Assembly (NCBI RefSeq): GCF_022539665.2
Contig: NC_081333.1
Span: 11,532,001 to 11,596,000 of the forward strand
DNA: 64,000 nt
Direction of reading: 5' to 3'
From: Daphnia carinata
Lineage: Eukaryota
A program made the translations under genes and the position numbers. The notes under the pieces are model-generated. The model made no database searches, was not told the origin of the DNA, and saw only the letters and a list, made by a program, of their open reading frames with translations. Shown piece after piece: positions 25,229 through 35,895 of this stretch (position 1 is the first letter of the stretch; every line of letters begins with the position of its first letter).

Positions 25229-27079
25229 TACCACCAGATGTTCAAACATTTTGAAAACTTGACGGTATCTGCTCCTTCACTACACGTCGAATGTGCTCTT
25301 TCACATGGGATCCATCACTTTTATCAGTTCTGTCGTCGAAGAAGGAAGAGTAACGCCGACTTGAAAAAAAATGTTGGGTGAAGAACAATAGAATAAGTAA
25401 ACAACAAAGTTGTAGGATTGCCCGCATTCCCATGCCTAGAAAATGCTTGACGTATTGTAAATTATAGAACATTTTATAGTCTCTGTTGTACTGTGTTGCA
25501 TGTTCTAAACAGATGTTGACTTTTCTCTTGAGGGTGAATTCCTGATGAAGTTCGAAAGGACATAACAAGCACAAGGAATCAACTTTTGAGTTTTTAAATG
25601 GAAATATAAATTCATATTTTAAACAATCGCTTGAGATGATCCTGTTTCTGCATTATTTGTGCTTGAGAATGTGGACAAATGTACATCACTATTGATTCCA
25701 TTGTTCTTTGAATACTTGTAAAAAGTTTTAGAAGAATTCTGTGAAATAATTAACGTGATCGTAAACCTTTATCAACTACAAGGATAGCTTATCGTAAAAT
25801 TAGCTGTAAGAATAATGCCTTCGAAGTGTTCAAGAAGATAACTTTAAAGGAACCGTTGCTCACAATCGTACATTATTCACATTTTATTTTTTACGTTGTA
25901 GGAATTTTTTGTTCAAATTATGAATACTACATGAAAAAGAATAAAGATAATAAAAATAAACTAATTAAAAAAGAATTCTAGGTTTGCTTAGAATTCTCAA
26001 CTTTTCATATTCAAAAGGACTAGGATTTCGTTTTTCTTCTAAATATAGGATTTTCTGGCCCCGATCTGGCAACGTTCTAAGAAAAACTCATTCTTGTGAA
26101 CTGCTTTCGTTTGGCTGCAGCATTTGTTAAGCTTTTGTCTTGTATTTTGTCTAATCTTTTCTACTAAACGTTTACTTTTGCGGTTTTTTTTTGAATTTAT
26201 TGGCACCGTTCCGGTCTTTTGCATTACCTATCAAAGAAGCCACATTTTTCAAAATACTTTAACCAATTTTTACGTACTTGTACATTTCTTGCTCAAAGAC
26301 CACGTTTTCCGATGTGCACTGATGTCTCAGTGTCCATCAAAAGCTGTGATTACCAAATGTTATGTCGCGTTTTATTATCTTCCAGTATTGAAACGATTGT
26401 ACAAACCGGCGGTTATATATTTTGTCAGCAAGTAAACTCAGTTTGCCAAAATGTTTTGGATTGTCATTCACGTTTCTTGTTAGATCATCAGCAATCAATT
26501 CTCATCTCAAACCCCAGCATGGTATTTTACTTCTATGATTTTCTTTAAATGTTATCTCTGTTTTTAACTCATGGTTATCAAAAATAGTATTGAAAAAAGT
26601 TACTTTATAGGGATGGAACATTCGTCTGGTACTTAACACCCTCCCTGGCAACACAAGGAAAACCATAGAGTGGTAAGAATGGAGATTAAGCATCTTTGAC
26701 ATTTCAGAATACCACAATCTTTTTTTTCTAGTACAGAACAAACGTTTGGCATTTCCACTCGTGTTCGTGGAAGGTAGATGTATCTATTGTGTAAGGGGAA
26801 GCTGTTTAGCATTTCTTTCGGATTTCTTGCCTCACTTCAAACCTGCGTTGTAGCCGACCACCTCATTCAACGTCGAAGTGGTTGTGAGTGAAGTATTCCG
26901 TATCAATCATATTACCAATGAAGTGGTGTATGGTGGGTATGCGAGTGTGAGTTTGTTTACCTTCTTGATGGTAAAACAAACTCAAAGCCGCTACAACCTG
27001 ACACATATGGCAAAAATGCTTAAAATTGTTGGAAATATACAGCTCATTTTTTACTTTTTGCAAGTTCGTATGGAAATTT

Positions 27080-27400
27080 TCCGGAAGTCACCGGAAGTAG
27101 CCAATATCTCCGGATATAGTGATCGCACAACAAAACGGATCAGATTTTCTTGATCCTTATAAAATTTTGGTTGCCAATGACGTGTTTACAGACAAAAACC
27201 GGATTTGGCCAAAATCAAGATTTTTCATGAACTATAGTTCAGGAAAATTTGTGATTTTCGGGTATTTTGTACTGACCTATTGATTCGATCCCAAATTTCA
27301 CGAGGATCAAGAAAACGTGAATCTTTTTTCTCGCTGACCAATGGTTAAGGTGCTATTCAATTTTTTCAAACCGGAAATGAAACCGGAAATTCTAATTTCA
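27080..27400. mobile_element. Possible DNA-transposon subterminal remnant
   Basis: Non-coding stretch with repeated CCGGAAGT/CCGGAAAT motifs and an internal inverted pair (TTTTCTTGATCCT/AGGATCAAGAAAA). No transposase was recognised. Confidence 0.3.
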
Positions 27401-27548
27401 GCAGTCTAAAAAATGAACTGTATTCTTTTTTACTTGCTTAACGGTTTTTTCTCATTGGTAAAAGTAAACAATAAGTAAAAACAAACACAAGTAAGTTGTA
27501 AATATATGTTATGTCGTTTCATAAAAGTTCTGACAGTACAGTTTCAAC

Positions 27549-27575
27549 CAAGGTATAGGAAATTCCTGTACCTTG
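27549..27575. mobile_element. 27 bp TIR-only element with an 8 bp target-site duplication (P- or hAT-like)
   Basis: CAAGGTATAGGAA-A-TTCCTGTACCTTG (13 bp arms, 1 mismatch) flanked by GTTTCAAC at 27541-27548 and 27576-27583. Confidence 0.7.
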
Positions 27576-27829
27576 GTTTCAACAATCATCTATTTACAAC
27601 AAAACTAGTCATGTATTTAATGCAAACAAGTCAAATCTAACATCTTCATTATCTTAAATCATAGTTTATCATTCTTGATATCTTTAGCTTTATGGCAATC
27701 CGTTTTACACAAAAAAAAAAAAAATTTCGCCAAAAAAAAAAAAATCACACTTTTCTTTTTTCCCGACACATAGCCATCTACCGCTTAGACTCGTTATTAC
27801 TGGCGTAGGCAATTTCAGTCCATTGGATG

Positions 27830-29283
27830 CCATTCGCAGTTAGTTCAGTAACGTGGATGGAGAATAACGCGTGGCTGGAGGAACAATTGAAAAATGGATA
27901 AGATAATACAACAAAAGGATGGTAAGTATAAACATTATTATATTGGTTTTCAATTATTAATTATTGTTTATTAGATCAAATTATGATGCTGCATGCCCAA
28001 TTATTGGAACAACACAAAATATTAGATAACAGCAAAGCTAAGGATGGTAAGGCCTAATACGTAATGATTCTATTTATTTGCTTTTATTCATTTGTATTTT
28101 GTAGCTCAAATTTTGAGTCTAAAAGCTCAGCTAGGGGAAAAGAACAAATTGGAACGGAACAGTTTCCAAACAGTGAAGGAGGTTTTTCCAAACTCATCCC
28201 TAACTGAACATGAGGAGGAATTGGCATTAGGTGAACAGTCAGGTACCTAAACTTTTCAAATAAGAATTCAAAATAAGTATAGAATTTTAACAAACAATTA
28301 TTTATTGTTTAGTTATTCAGTCTACCACCTGACAGTGTGTTAAAGTTAAATTCTGTTAGTGCTGCACTAAAAGAATTGTTAGTCATAAGTCCATGCAGCG
28401 AAGGAAGTGAACAATTGTGGGACCGTATTTGGGCTGAAAATGGGTGTGGTACGGAAACCCAGAAATAGCACGAGTTCAACATAAAACATGAATTAGGTAC
28501 TTTTCGGTTTTTTGTCTATCGAAAAAGTATTTTTAATGCTATTATTTTGCATTCACAGAATTTTAGTGGGGGATCAAGTCAAGTCTAGAAGTGTTACAGG
28601 ATGGAAGAGTGAGCCTACAGTTGAAAAACGCTGAAAGTGCATTACCATTAAGGTATGAGGTAAAGTAATAGAGTATGCAAATTGTCTAATGAGAAGTACC
28701 ATCTTGTGTGAATGAATCCTGTGTAACAGCAATCCTTTATAGTTCTGTCACAGCTAGAAGCCTCAAATAATTCTGCTTCTCTTGCTAAAGAACAACTTGT
28801 CCTTTACGTTCAGAGTGTTGGTGAAGCTGGGTACTTAAATGGCCATAAAGATGTTTCATTTCGTTGGCATTGCAGCGATGAACATCATACATGGACTTTT
28901 TAGGTATGAAAGGAATTTTCTTGAAAATTTGTTGAATTTATGACAAAGCATTTCTCCTGCTTTTTGCCAACCATGTCTAATCTAAAAAAAAAAATTTATC
29001 CTATAGGAAAGGATTTTCAGCATACTGGGAACACAACTATCAACAATGCAACATTCTAGGGGTGCTATATTATCATTCAAGAGCCTTATACAATGATTTT
29101 CATCTGCAATTTGTATGGCTTTTCCCAAGCTTCTGCCAGAAGTTGAATCTATGAGTCATGTAAGTCACATGAGCAACAATTGAGATGCTTAATGGTGTTG
29201 TTTTTCTTTTCTCAGTATAGGTTAATAGTAACATTGGATCTGAAAAGATTCTTGGTTGGGGCAAGACACTGAATAAATTGTAA
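27830..29283 (+). pseudogene. Decayed multi-exon gene of unknown family with an N-terminal coiled coil (left arm)
   Basis: Short GT-AG introns. Exons read ..LEEQLK..DQIMMLHAQLLEQHKIL..QILSLKAQLGEKNKLE..LNSVSAALKELLVISPCSEG..GSEKILGWGKTLNKL*. An in-frame TAG at 28466-28468 is TGG in the other copy. Confidence 0.55.
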
Positions 29284-29477
29284 TGATTGAATGGATGACA
29301 TGACATTTCTATACTTAATTCGGATTCCCCAGACGGTATTTGATATTAAAAAAATTGAAGTGCATATCTGGGCTCCCTTCTTTTCTGAAGCCCCGTTTCC
29401 CCTTGACTCATAATAAGCCCGTAGGGGGTCATGCCCCTACTGTACGGTATATATAAAAATAACATATACCGAGGTTT

Positions 29478-29703
29478 GGAGGGCTCTGGCCGGAAAGGGG
29501 ACGTGGGGGTCCGCTTAGTCCGATGATGTGTTCACGGAGGGCGACGTGGCTACCCACAAATCCGAACTAAAGGTTAATCGCTCCTGTAAAAATGTTCCAA
29601 ATCTTCAGCTCTTCTTCCGGCTTCTCTTAGCCAATCACCGGGTAATCTCCCCGGTGGGTCAACAAGGCAGTGTCTCCCCCTGCCTGGGTTGACGGCAACT
29701 TTT
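29478..29703 (+). ncRNA. Candidate structured ncRNA of unknown class (~225 nt, Pol III-like layout)
   Basis: TATATATAAAAA at 29448-29459, a G start ~30 nt downstream and no internal T4. Long-range stem GCCGGAA/TTCCGGC, hairpins CACCGGG/CCCGGTG and GTCAAC..AGGCAG/CTGCCT..GTTGAC, then TTTT. Confidence 0.4.
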
Positions 29704-30032
29704 GAAAGGGCTATTGTGCCTTTTTAAAGTTGCAAAAATAATTGTAATGTGCAGAGAATTGTCAATAAAATATTTTTTCTAAAATATTTTTTGCAAAATT
29801 CCTTTCTTTCATTGTCTGTATTCGCTGTGTTCACACGTTACACTTTTTATATTTAGCTTGCTTAATTCACCTTTATTGTTTTTGTCACCTTTGATGGTAA
29901 GCATTGTTTCCATTGGTTTATTATCGTTTATCTGTAAGTATTATTTATTACACTCTTTGAATTTGAGAGACTCTCTCTTGAGATTCAAGGAACAATCTGG
30001 ATATTTTATGAAGTAATTTTGTATTTTGTTTT

Positions 30033-30100
30033 ACTCGTATGGGAACCGATCCCCAGACATTCAGCGTGCAACGCCGATGCTCTAACATTGAGCCACGAGA
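30033..30100 (-). repeat. tRNA-derived (pseudo-tRNA/SINE-head-like) unit
   Basis: TGGCTCAATGTTAGAGC D-arm/A box, TCGGC-GTTGCAC-GCTGA anticodon-like arm and a degenerate B box. Confidence 0.6.
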
Positions 30101-30199
30101 TATATCTAAATATTTTATTATCGCATATCATATGTTATCGTCTAGGATGTTTATGCAGTCTTTCACAACTATATGTTTATCTTTCTATTGCTTCCATAA

Positions 30200-30265
30200 G
30201 GTTCTTAGCTCTGTGGTAGAGCTTTTATCTGCGATACCTGTTACCCTGGGTTCAAACCTCAGTAG
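30200..30265 (+). repeat. tRNA-derived unit in the palindrome spacer
   Basis: TAGCTCTGTGGTAGAGC A box/D arm and GGGTTCAAACCTCAG B box/T arm. There is no proper anticodon or acceptor stem. Confidence 0.6.
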
Positions 30266-30390
30266 ATGTGTATAAATGAAGTAGAATAATGTAGAAGAGT
30301 ATATTGCAGAATTGCATTTCAGTTTTATTCTAAGTGTAAATGCAAGTCCACAAGTGACTAGAAAAAAAAGCCAACTTAAAATCATATGAT

Positions 30391-30452
30391 TCGTGGCTCA
30401 TTGGTAGAGCATCGGCGAGGTATGCCGAACATCCAGGGTTCGATCCCTGGAT
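30391..30452 (+). repeat. tRNA-derived unit, inverted partner of 30033-30100
   Basis: TGGCTCATTGGTAGAGC, TCGGC-GAGGTAT-GCCGA and CAGGGTTCGATCCCTG. The acceptor stem does not pair. Confidence 0.65.
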
Positions 30453-30695
30453 AATAATAGAATGCTTACAGATAAACGATAAACCAATACCCGTCACCTT
30501 ACCATCAAATGTGACAAAAACAAATAAAGCAAAGCCAAAAAAAAAAATTGATAAATGCAATGTGTGAACAAAGCTAACACAGACAATGAAAGAAACGAAT
30601 TTTGCAAAAAATATTTTAGAAAAAAATATTTTATTGACAATTCTCTGCACATTACAATTATTTTTGCAACTTTAAAAAGGCACAATAGCCCTTTC

Positions 30696-30920
30696 AAAAG
30701 TTGCCGTCAACCCAGGCAGGGGGAGACACTGCCTTGTTGACCCACCGGGGAGATTACCGGTGATTGGCTAAGAGAAGCCGGAAGAAGAGCTGAAGATTTG
30801 GAACATTTTTACAGGAGCGATTAACCTTTAGTTCGGATTTGTGGGCAGCCACGTCACCCTCCGTGAACACATCATCGGACGAAGCGGCACCCCACGTCCC
30901 CTTTCCGGCCAGAGCCCTCC
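30696..30920 (-). ncRNA. Second copy of the candidate structured ncRNA
   Basis: Differs from the left copy by 5 substitutions and 1 indel (counted by eye). TATA and T4 are retained. Confidence 0.4.
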
Positions 30921-31107
30921 AAACCTCGGTATATGTTGTTTTTATATATACCGTACAGTAGGGGCATGACCCCCTACGGGCTTATTATGAGTCAAGGGGA
31001 AACGGGGCTTCAGAAAAGAAGGGAGCCCAGATATGCACTTCAATTTTTTAAATATCAAATACCGTCTGGGGAATCCGAATTAAGTATAGCAATGTCATGT
31101 CATCCAA

Positions 31108-32580
31108 TCAATACAATTTATTCAGTGTCTTGCCCCAACCAAGAATCTTTTCAGATCCAATGTTACTATTAACCTATATTGAGAAAAGAAAAACAACACC
31201 GTTAAACATATCAATTGTTGATCATGTAACTTACATGACTCATAGATTCAACTTCTGGTGGAAGCTTGGGAAAGGACATACAAATTGCAGATTAACATCA
31301 TTGTATAAGGTTCTTGAATGATAAACTAGCACCTGTAGAACGTTGCATTGTTGATAGTTGTGTTCCCAGTACATGAAAATCCTTGCCTATTGGATAAAAT
31401 TTTTTTTGGTTGATTAGACCTGGTTGGCAAAAAGGAGGAGAAATTCTTCGTCATAAATTTAAAATTATTTGAAGAAAAATCCTTTCATACCTAAAGAGTC
31501 CATGTATGATGTTCATCTCTGCAATGGCAGCAAAATTAAAACATCTTTAGGGCCATTTAAGTACCCAATTTCCCCAACACTCTGAACATAAAGGACAAGT
31601 TGTTCTTTAGACAGAGAAGCAGAATTATTTGAGGCTTCTAGCTGTGACAGAACTATAAAGGATTGCTGTTGTACTGGATTCATTAACACAAGATGGTACT
31701 TCTCATTAGGCAATTTGCATTACTCTATTAATTTACCTCACACCTTAACGGTAATGCACTCTCAGTGTTTTTTCATCTGTAGGCTCACTCTTCCATCCTG
31801 TAACACTTCCAGACTTGACTTGATCCCCCCGCTAAAATTCTGTGAATGCAAAATAATAGCATTAAAAATACTTTTTCGATAGACAAAGAACGGGGAAGTA
31901 CCTAATCCATGTTTTAGGTTGAACTCATGCCATTTCTGTGTTTCCATAGCACACCCATTTTTGGCCCAAATACAGTACCACAATTCTTCAGTTCCTTCGC
32001 TGCATGGACTTATTACTAACAATTCTTTTAGTGCAGCACTAACAGAATTTAAATTTAACACACTGTCAGGTGGTGGACTGAATAACTAAACAATAAATAA
32101 TTGTTTGTTAAAATTCTATACTTATTTGGAATTCTTATTTGGAAAGTTTAGGCACCTGACTGTGTTCACCTAATGCCAATTCCTCCTCACGTTCAGTTAG
32201 GGATGAGTTTTGAAAAACCTCCTTCACTGTTTGGAAACTGTTTTGTTCCAATTTGTTCTTTTCCCCTAGCTGAGCTTGTAGACTCAAAAATTTGAGCTCC
32301 AAAACACGAATGAATAAAAGCAAATAAATAGAATCATTACGTATTAGGCCTACCATCCTTAGCTTCGTTGTTATCTAATATTTTGTGTTGTTCCAATAAC
32401 TGGGCCTGCAGCTTCATTATTTGATCTAATAAACAATAATTAATAATTGAAAACCAATATAATAATGTTTATACTTACCACTTTTTTGTTTTATTATCTT
32501 ATCCATTTTTCAATTGTTCCTCCAGCCACGCGTTGTTCTCCAGCCACGCTACTCAATTAACTGCTAATGGGATACAATTA
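31108..32580 (-). pseudogene. Second copy of the same unknown gene (right arm)
   Basis: ORF-track fragments 32135-32356, 31762-32061 and 31513-31713 are its exons. It appears to have stops in a late exon. Confidence 0.55.
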
Positions 32581-33476
32581 ACTGAAATTGCTTACATGCC
32601 TGTAATAACGAAACCGACTGATAGATGGCTACGGGTAGAAAAAAGAGAAAAAAGTGCGATTTTTTTTTTTTTTCCGCCATTTTTTTTTTTTTTTTTATGT
32701 AAAACGGATTGCCATATAAAACGGATTGCCATATTTACTAACTTGGAATAAAACAAAAGGCTGAAGCCAAAACGGTGCCGCACTTTAATAACAAAGGGTT
32801 CCACCAGCACCTGGCGGAGCAATGTGGGGCTACATAATTCTTGTTGAATAATTTGTATTAGGATAGAGAATTTTATCGAACGAGGATGACAGTTAATTAC
32901 GTTGTTCTGTCTAAGACGCTCTCCATCTTTAGATTGGCGACATTTTGATCCTGCGATGAGTTCCTGTAGGCCTTCTACATGTATTGATGTACATCAATAA
33001 AAGGATACCTCTAGTTCATGCCTAATGTAAGTTTCATCAGCCAGCACTATCATTTTGACATTTATTTCATGTCTATGAATGAGATTTAATAATTATTTTT
33101 GAAGACAAAAAATCTCAATTAATGGCCGGGCAAGCCAATTAATTGAAACAGTTGAACGAGACACCGAAAGTTTCCATCATGCACTAGCTCAGATGAAAGA
33201 CTGGTGATTCTTGGCAGGCAGTTCAGCCTCTTCAGCGATTACGTTCACCTATAGGCAGTATGGGAATTAACACCGACGGCATTATAATTTAATTGAAAAA
33301 ATCGAACAAGAGCACACTAGATCGCTTTGGATTTAGCCCCTAGGGATGTGATGACAGTGTTCATTCATGTGCATTCTTCTGAAGCTCTTTATAAGCGGAT
33401 ACCTACGTCAACAAGACTTACGATATTGCAAAATTAATCATTCATTTCCTTAACCATAAAGTATACCAGGACAAGT

Positions 33477-33693
33477 AAGGTACCCCTTTGCACGGACGAG
33501 CTTGACTTTTACATGTTAAGCTCCATAGGTGGCGTTCAGCAACTCGCCAGCACGCGAATTTGGAGGAGCCTTAACGTATGAATCCAAACTAGAGCACCCT
33601 AGCGGGTGAAAAGCAAAGCCATTTGCGATTTAGCACGCCATCTGCGGAGCTTGACATAGGTAGCTGAAGCTCTCTCGTACAAAAGGTACCCTT
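33477..33693. mobile_element. Old MITE-like element with ~58 bp imperfect TIRs
   Basis: AAGGTACCCTTTGCACG..AAGCTCC..GGTGGCGT matches the reverse complement of ACGCCATCT..GGAGCTT..CGTACAAAAGGTACCCTT. Confidence 0.55.
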
Positions 33694-33989
33694 CGGTATT
33701 ATTTCTGGTGAGATGAAGCGAAAATGAACAAGGCCATAGGCAGAAAAATTAAAGAACCTTAACGCCATCTAGCATCTGCGAGAAGCAGTTTTTCGTTTAT
33801 AAACGTACGTTATAAACGTTACAAACGTTTTTGTTTATTCAGGTTATTTATGATTTATTCATTAACTAATTTTAATCCTATGAGTGATAAAAGCACCATG
33901 AAAAATTGTCAAATGGTGCCCAACTTACATATCTGAGATTATAAAAAAGGACGGAGAATGTACAAAAACGTATTTCTCAGTCGTTGGAT

Positions 33990-35895
33990 GGCGCTAATAA
34001 GTGCCGACAAACTGTACACCTTTTTTAACATGGAGTTACCGATCTCCTCTTCTTCTCTGCTCGTGGTATAATTCACGACAAAACCGAGGGATCTTTTTGG
34101 CTTTAAGAAAATACTTATTACATCGTTTTTCACGTCAAGGTACAAGCTTAGGCATTCAATAAATGCCTGAAATTAACTTCAATACATCGTATAGAATTTT
34201 GTCAAAGGCACAGTACTATATAAAACATAGAAATACAACATATATACTTTACCAGGCATTTTCCGTCATCATAGGCCGCATAAGTTTTAGGGCATTACTA
34301 CATCGACGATAATGCCCAATGGACGCTCACTGTTCAATGGTTGCTTCTAGCACGAAGTTCAACAATGAGCTCCTAGTTGATGGTCTCTGTCTTTAATATA
34401 ATAAAACACAATAACTTAGTGAGGCAAACTTCTATTCTACAACAAGAAAGGAAACAACAACAAAAAAATAAATAATGGGAAAGACAGAAATGACTCGACG
34501 TTCTGGCTTCACTTCTATCTAGATGAACTTTTCATTTCTAAAATTTTACCACAAAAATTATGCGTTCGTCACTACTTGTTTAATTCAAGTGTAAATGATT
34601 GATTTTTTTTTTCGCAACAACCATAAAATGAAAGCAACAGGAGTTTGTAAAAATACTCTTGTGAATAAAAAGAAAATCAAAGTAGAAATAGAACGTATAA
34701 AACTTTCATATTTACGATTAAACTACGTACCTTTTAAATGCATTAGAAAAAGCAGTCAATTCTTACCCCAGGCGATCGGTGGTCTCATGTACACGAACAT
34801 GCGGTTCTCGTTGCTTTATCTGTTTCTTCTTGAGCCATTCTTCAATTGCACGCTCGTCAGTGGCAATACCAACTGGTTTGGTTGGACCGAACATTGATGC
34901 TGTAATGGTACCAGCATCATATGGTCTTTCGACAGATGCGGCAACCATTGCGGAGGCTACGGCAACAGGACCGCTTCTTTCCTCCAATGGGACTGTTCAA
35001 GTATTCAGAGATAATCTTAGTTTTTCCCGGCCGGATTTTTCACTTTCATTTTCATCTTGGTTAAAAAAAAAGGCACCTTCTTTATCACGACCGAAGGAGC
35101 AGGACCGTCACGGCCTTCTTGTCACAACAACGTACGATGATGCAGCTTCTCTGTCTCTTCCATATAGGGAAAAACCATCATGATCACGTCCACTGTATGA
35201 GCTTGGTGGATCATCACGACTACCGAACGAACCGGACACAGCGTCTCTTCTTGCACAAAAGGAATTCCTTTCAGACTGAAGACCTCCGCCACAGGCGTGA
35301 TCCCTTGAATTGAATGAAAAGGGATACCGTTCGCCCGCAGGTTCTAACTCAACAGACTTTAGGGTTCAACAGATGTATATGTATAAATAACCATACTTTG
35401 TTTTGCCATGATTTCTAAAAATACCTCCATTTTGATGAATTATCCATCTTGATGCCACCACCTTTATAACCTACTCTTGCCATCACGGGATGTCGGTGCC
35501 TCTCTTGGCGCGTTATGACAATCGGATGGAGTTAAATTTTCCTTCTTCTCGCCATTAGGAGAGGGACGGCGATCCTATACCTCCGGTTAGTGCTCGGCCC
35601 CGGTCTACCCAGGGTTTACTCGTGACGAGCTTCCTACCGGCAGGTGCTGACGTGAAGGTGAAAAAACGCTGCAACAAAACCAAACACATTTTACGTGTAT
35701 CCTGCCGGTATCTTCCGGTATTGCCGGGTGTGCTAAGCATCAAACTGTGTGCATTAGAAAAAGAATCGCTTTACTGTTGACTGAAGCTGATTCTATAACT
35801 CTTCGTATTCCTTGTCGTTGTTAATTGTTTTTGTACAGCAATGGCCGGTATAAGCTGGCGAGTTCCAACCAACCTCATTACTTGGCTCAGGTAAC
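33990..35895 (-). pseudogene. eIF4B-like pseudogene retaining introns
   Basis: ASMFGPTKPVGIATDERAIEEWLKK resembles the eIF4B SIFGGAKPVDTAAREREVEERL motif. It is preceded by an R/D/G/S-rich stretch (SFGSRDDPPSSYSGRDHDGFSLYGRDRE). In-frame stops and frameshifts are present; the boundaries are approximate. Confidence 0.55.

Larger units (their letters stand above)
27691..30100 (+). repeat. Left arm of a ~2.3-2.4 kb inverted duplication
   Basis: Collinear reverse-complement match to ~30390-32717, from TATGGCAATCCGTTTT (left end) through the GC-rich core to the tRNA-like unit. The innermost part is more diverged. Confidence 0.92.
30390..32717 (-). repeat. Right arm of the inverted duplication
   Basis: Reverse complement of the left arm. 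It ends in AAAACGGATTGCCATAT, which is tandemly duplicated at 32701-32734. Confidence 0.92.

Noticed and set aside
25600..27060. Possible transposase remnant (Cys-rich fragments on the minus strand)
   Set aside because: Frequent stops and no identifiable catalytic motif, so I cannot support a call.
29488..29625. HDV-like or hammerhead ribozyme (GGCCGGA/TCCGGCT resembles HDV P1; CCGATGA resembles CTGATGA)
   Set aside because: The P1.1 GG, P3 and J4/2 elements are missing, and there is no CTGANGA..GAAA core.
29478..29703. Telomerase RNA identity for the structured candidate
   Set aside because: There is no CCTAA-type template on the favoured strand. The opposite strand has only TAACCT (6 nt), too short to support the call.
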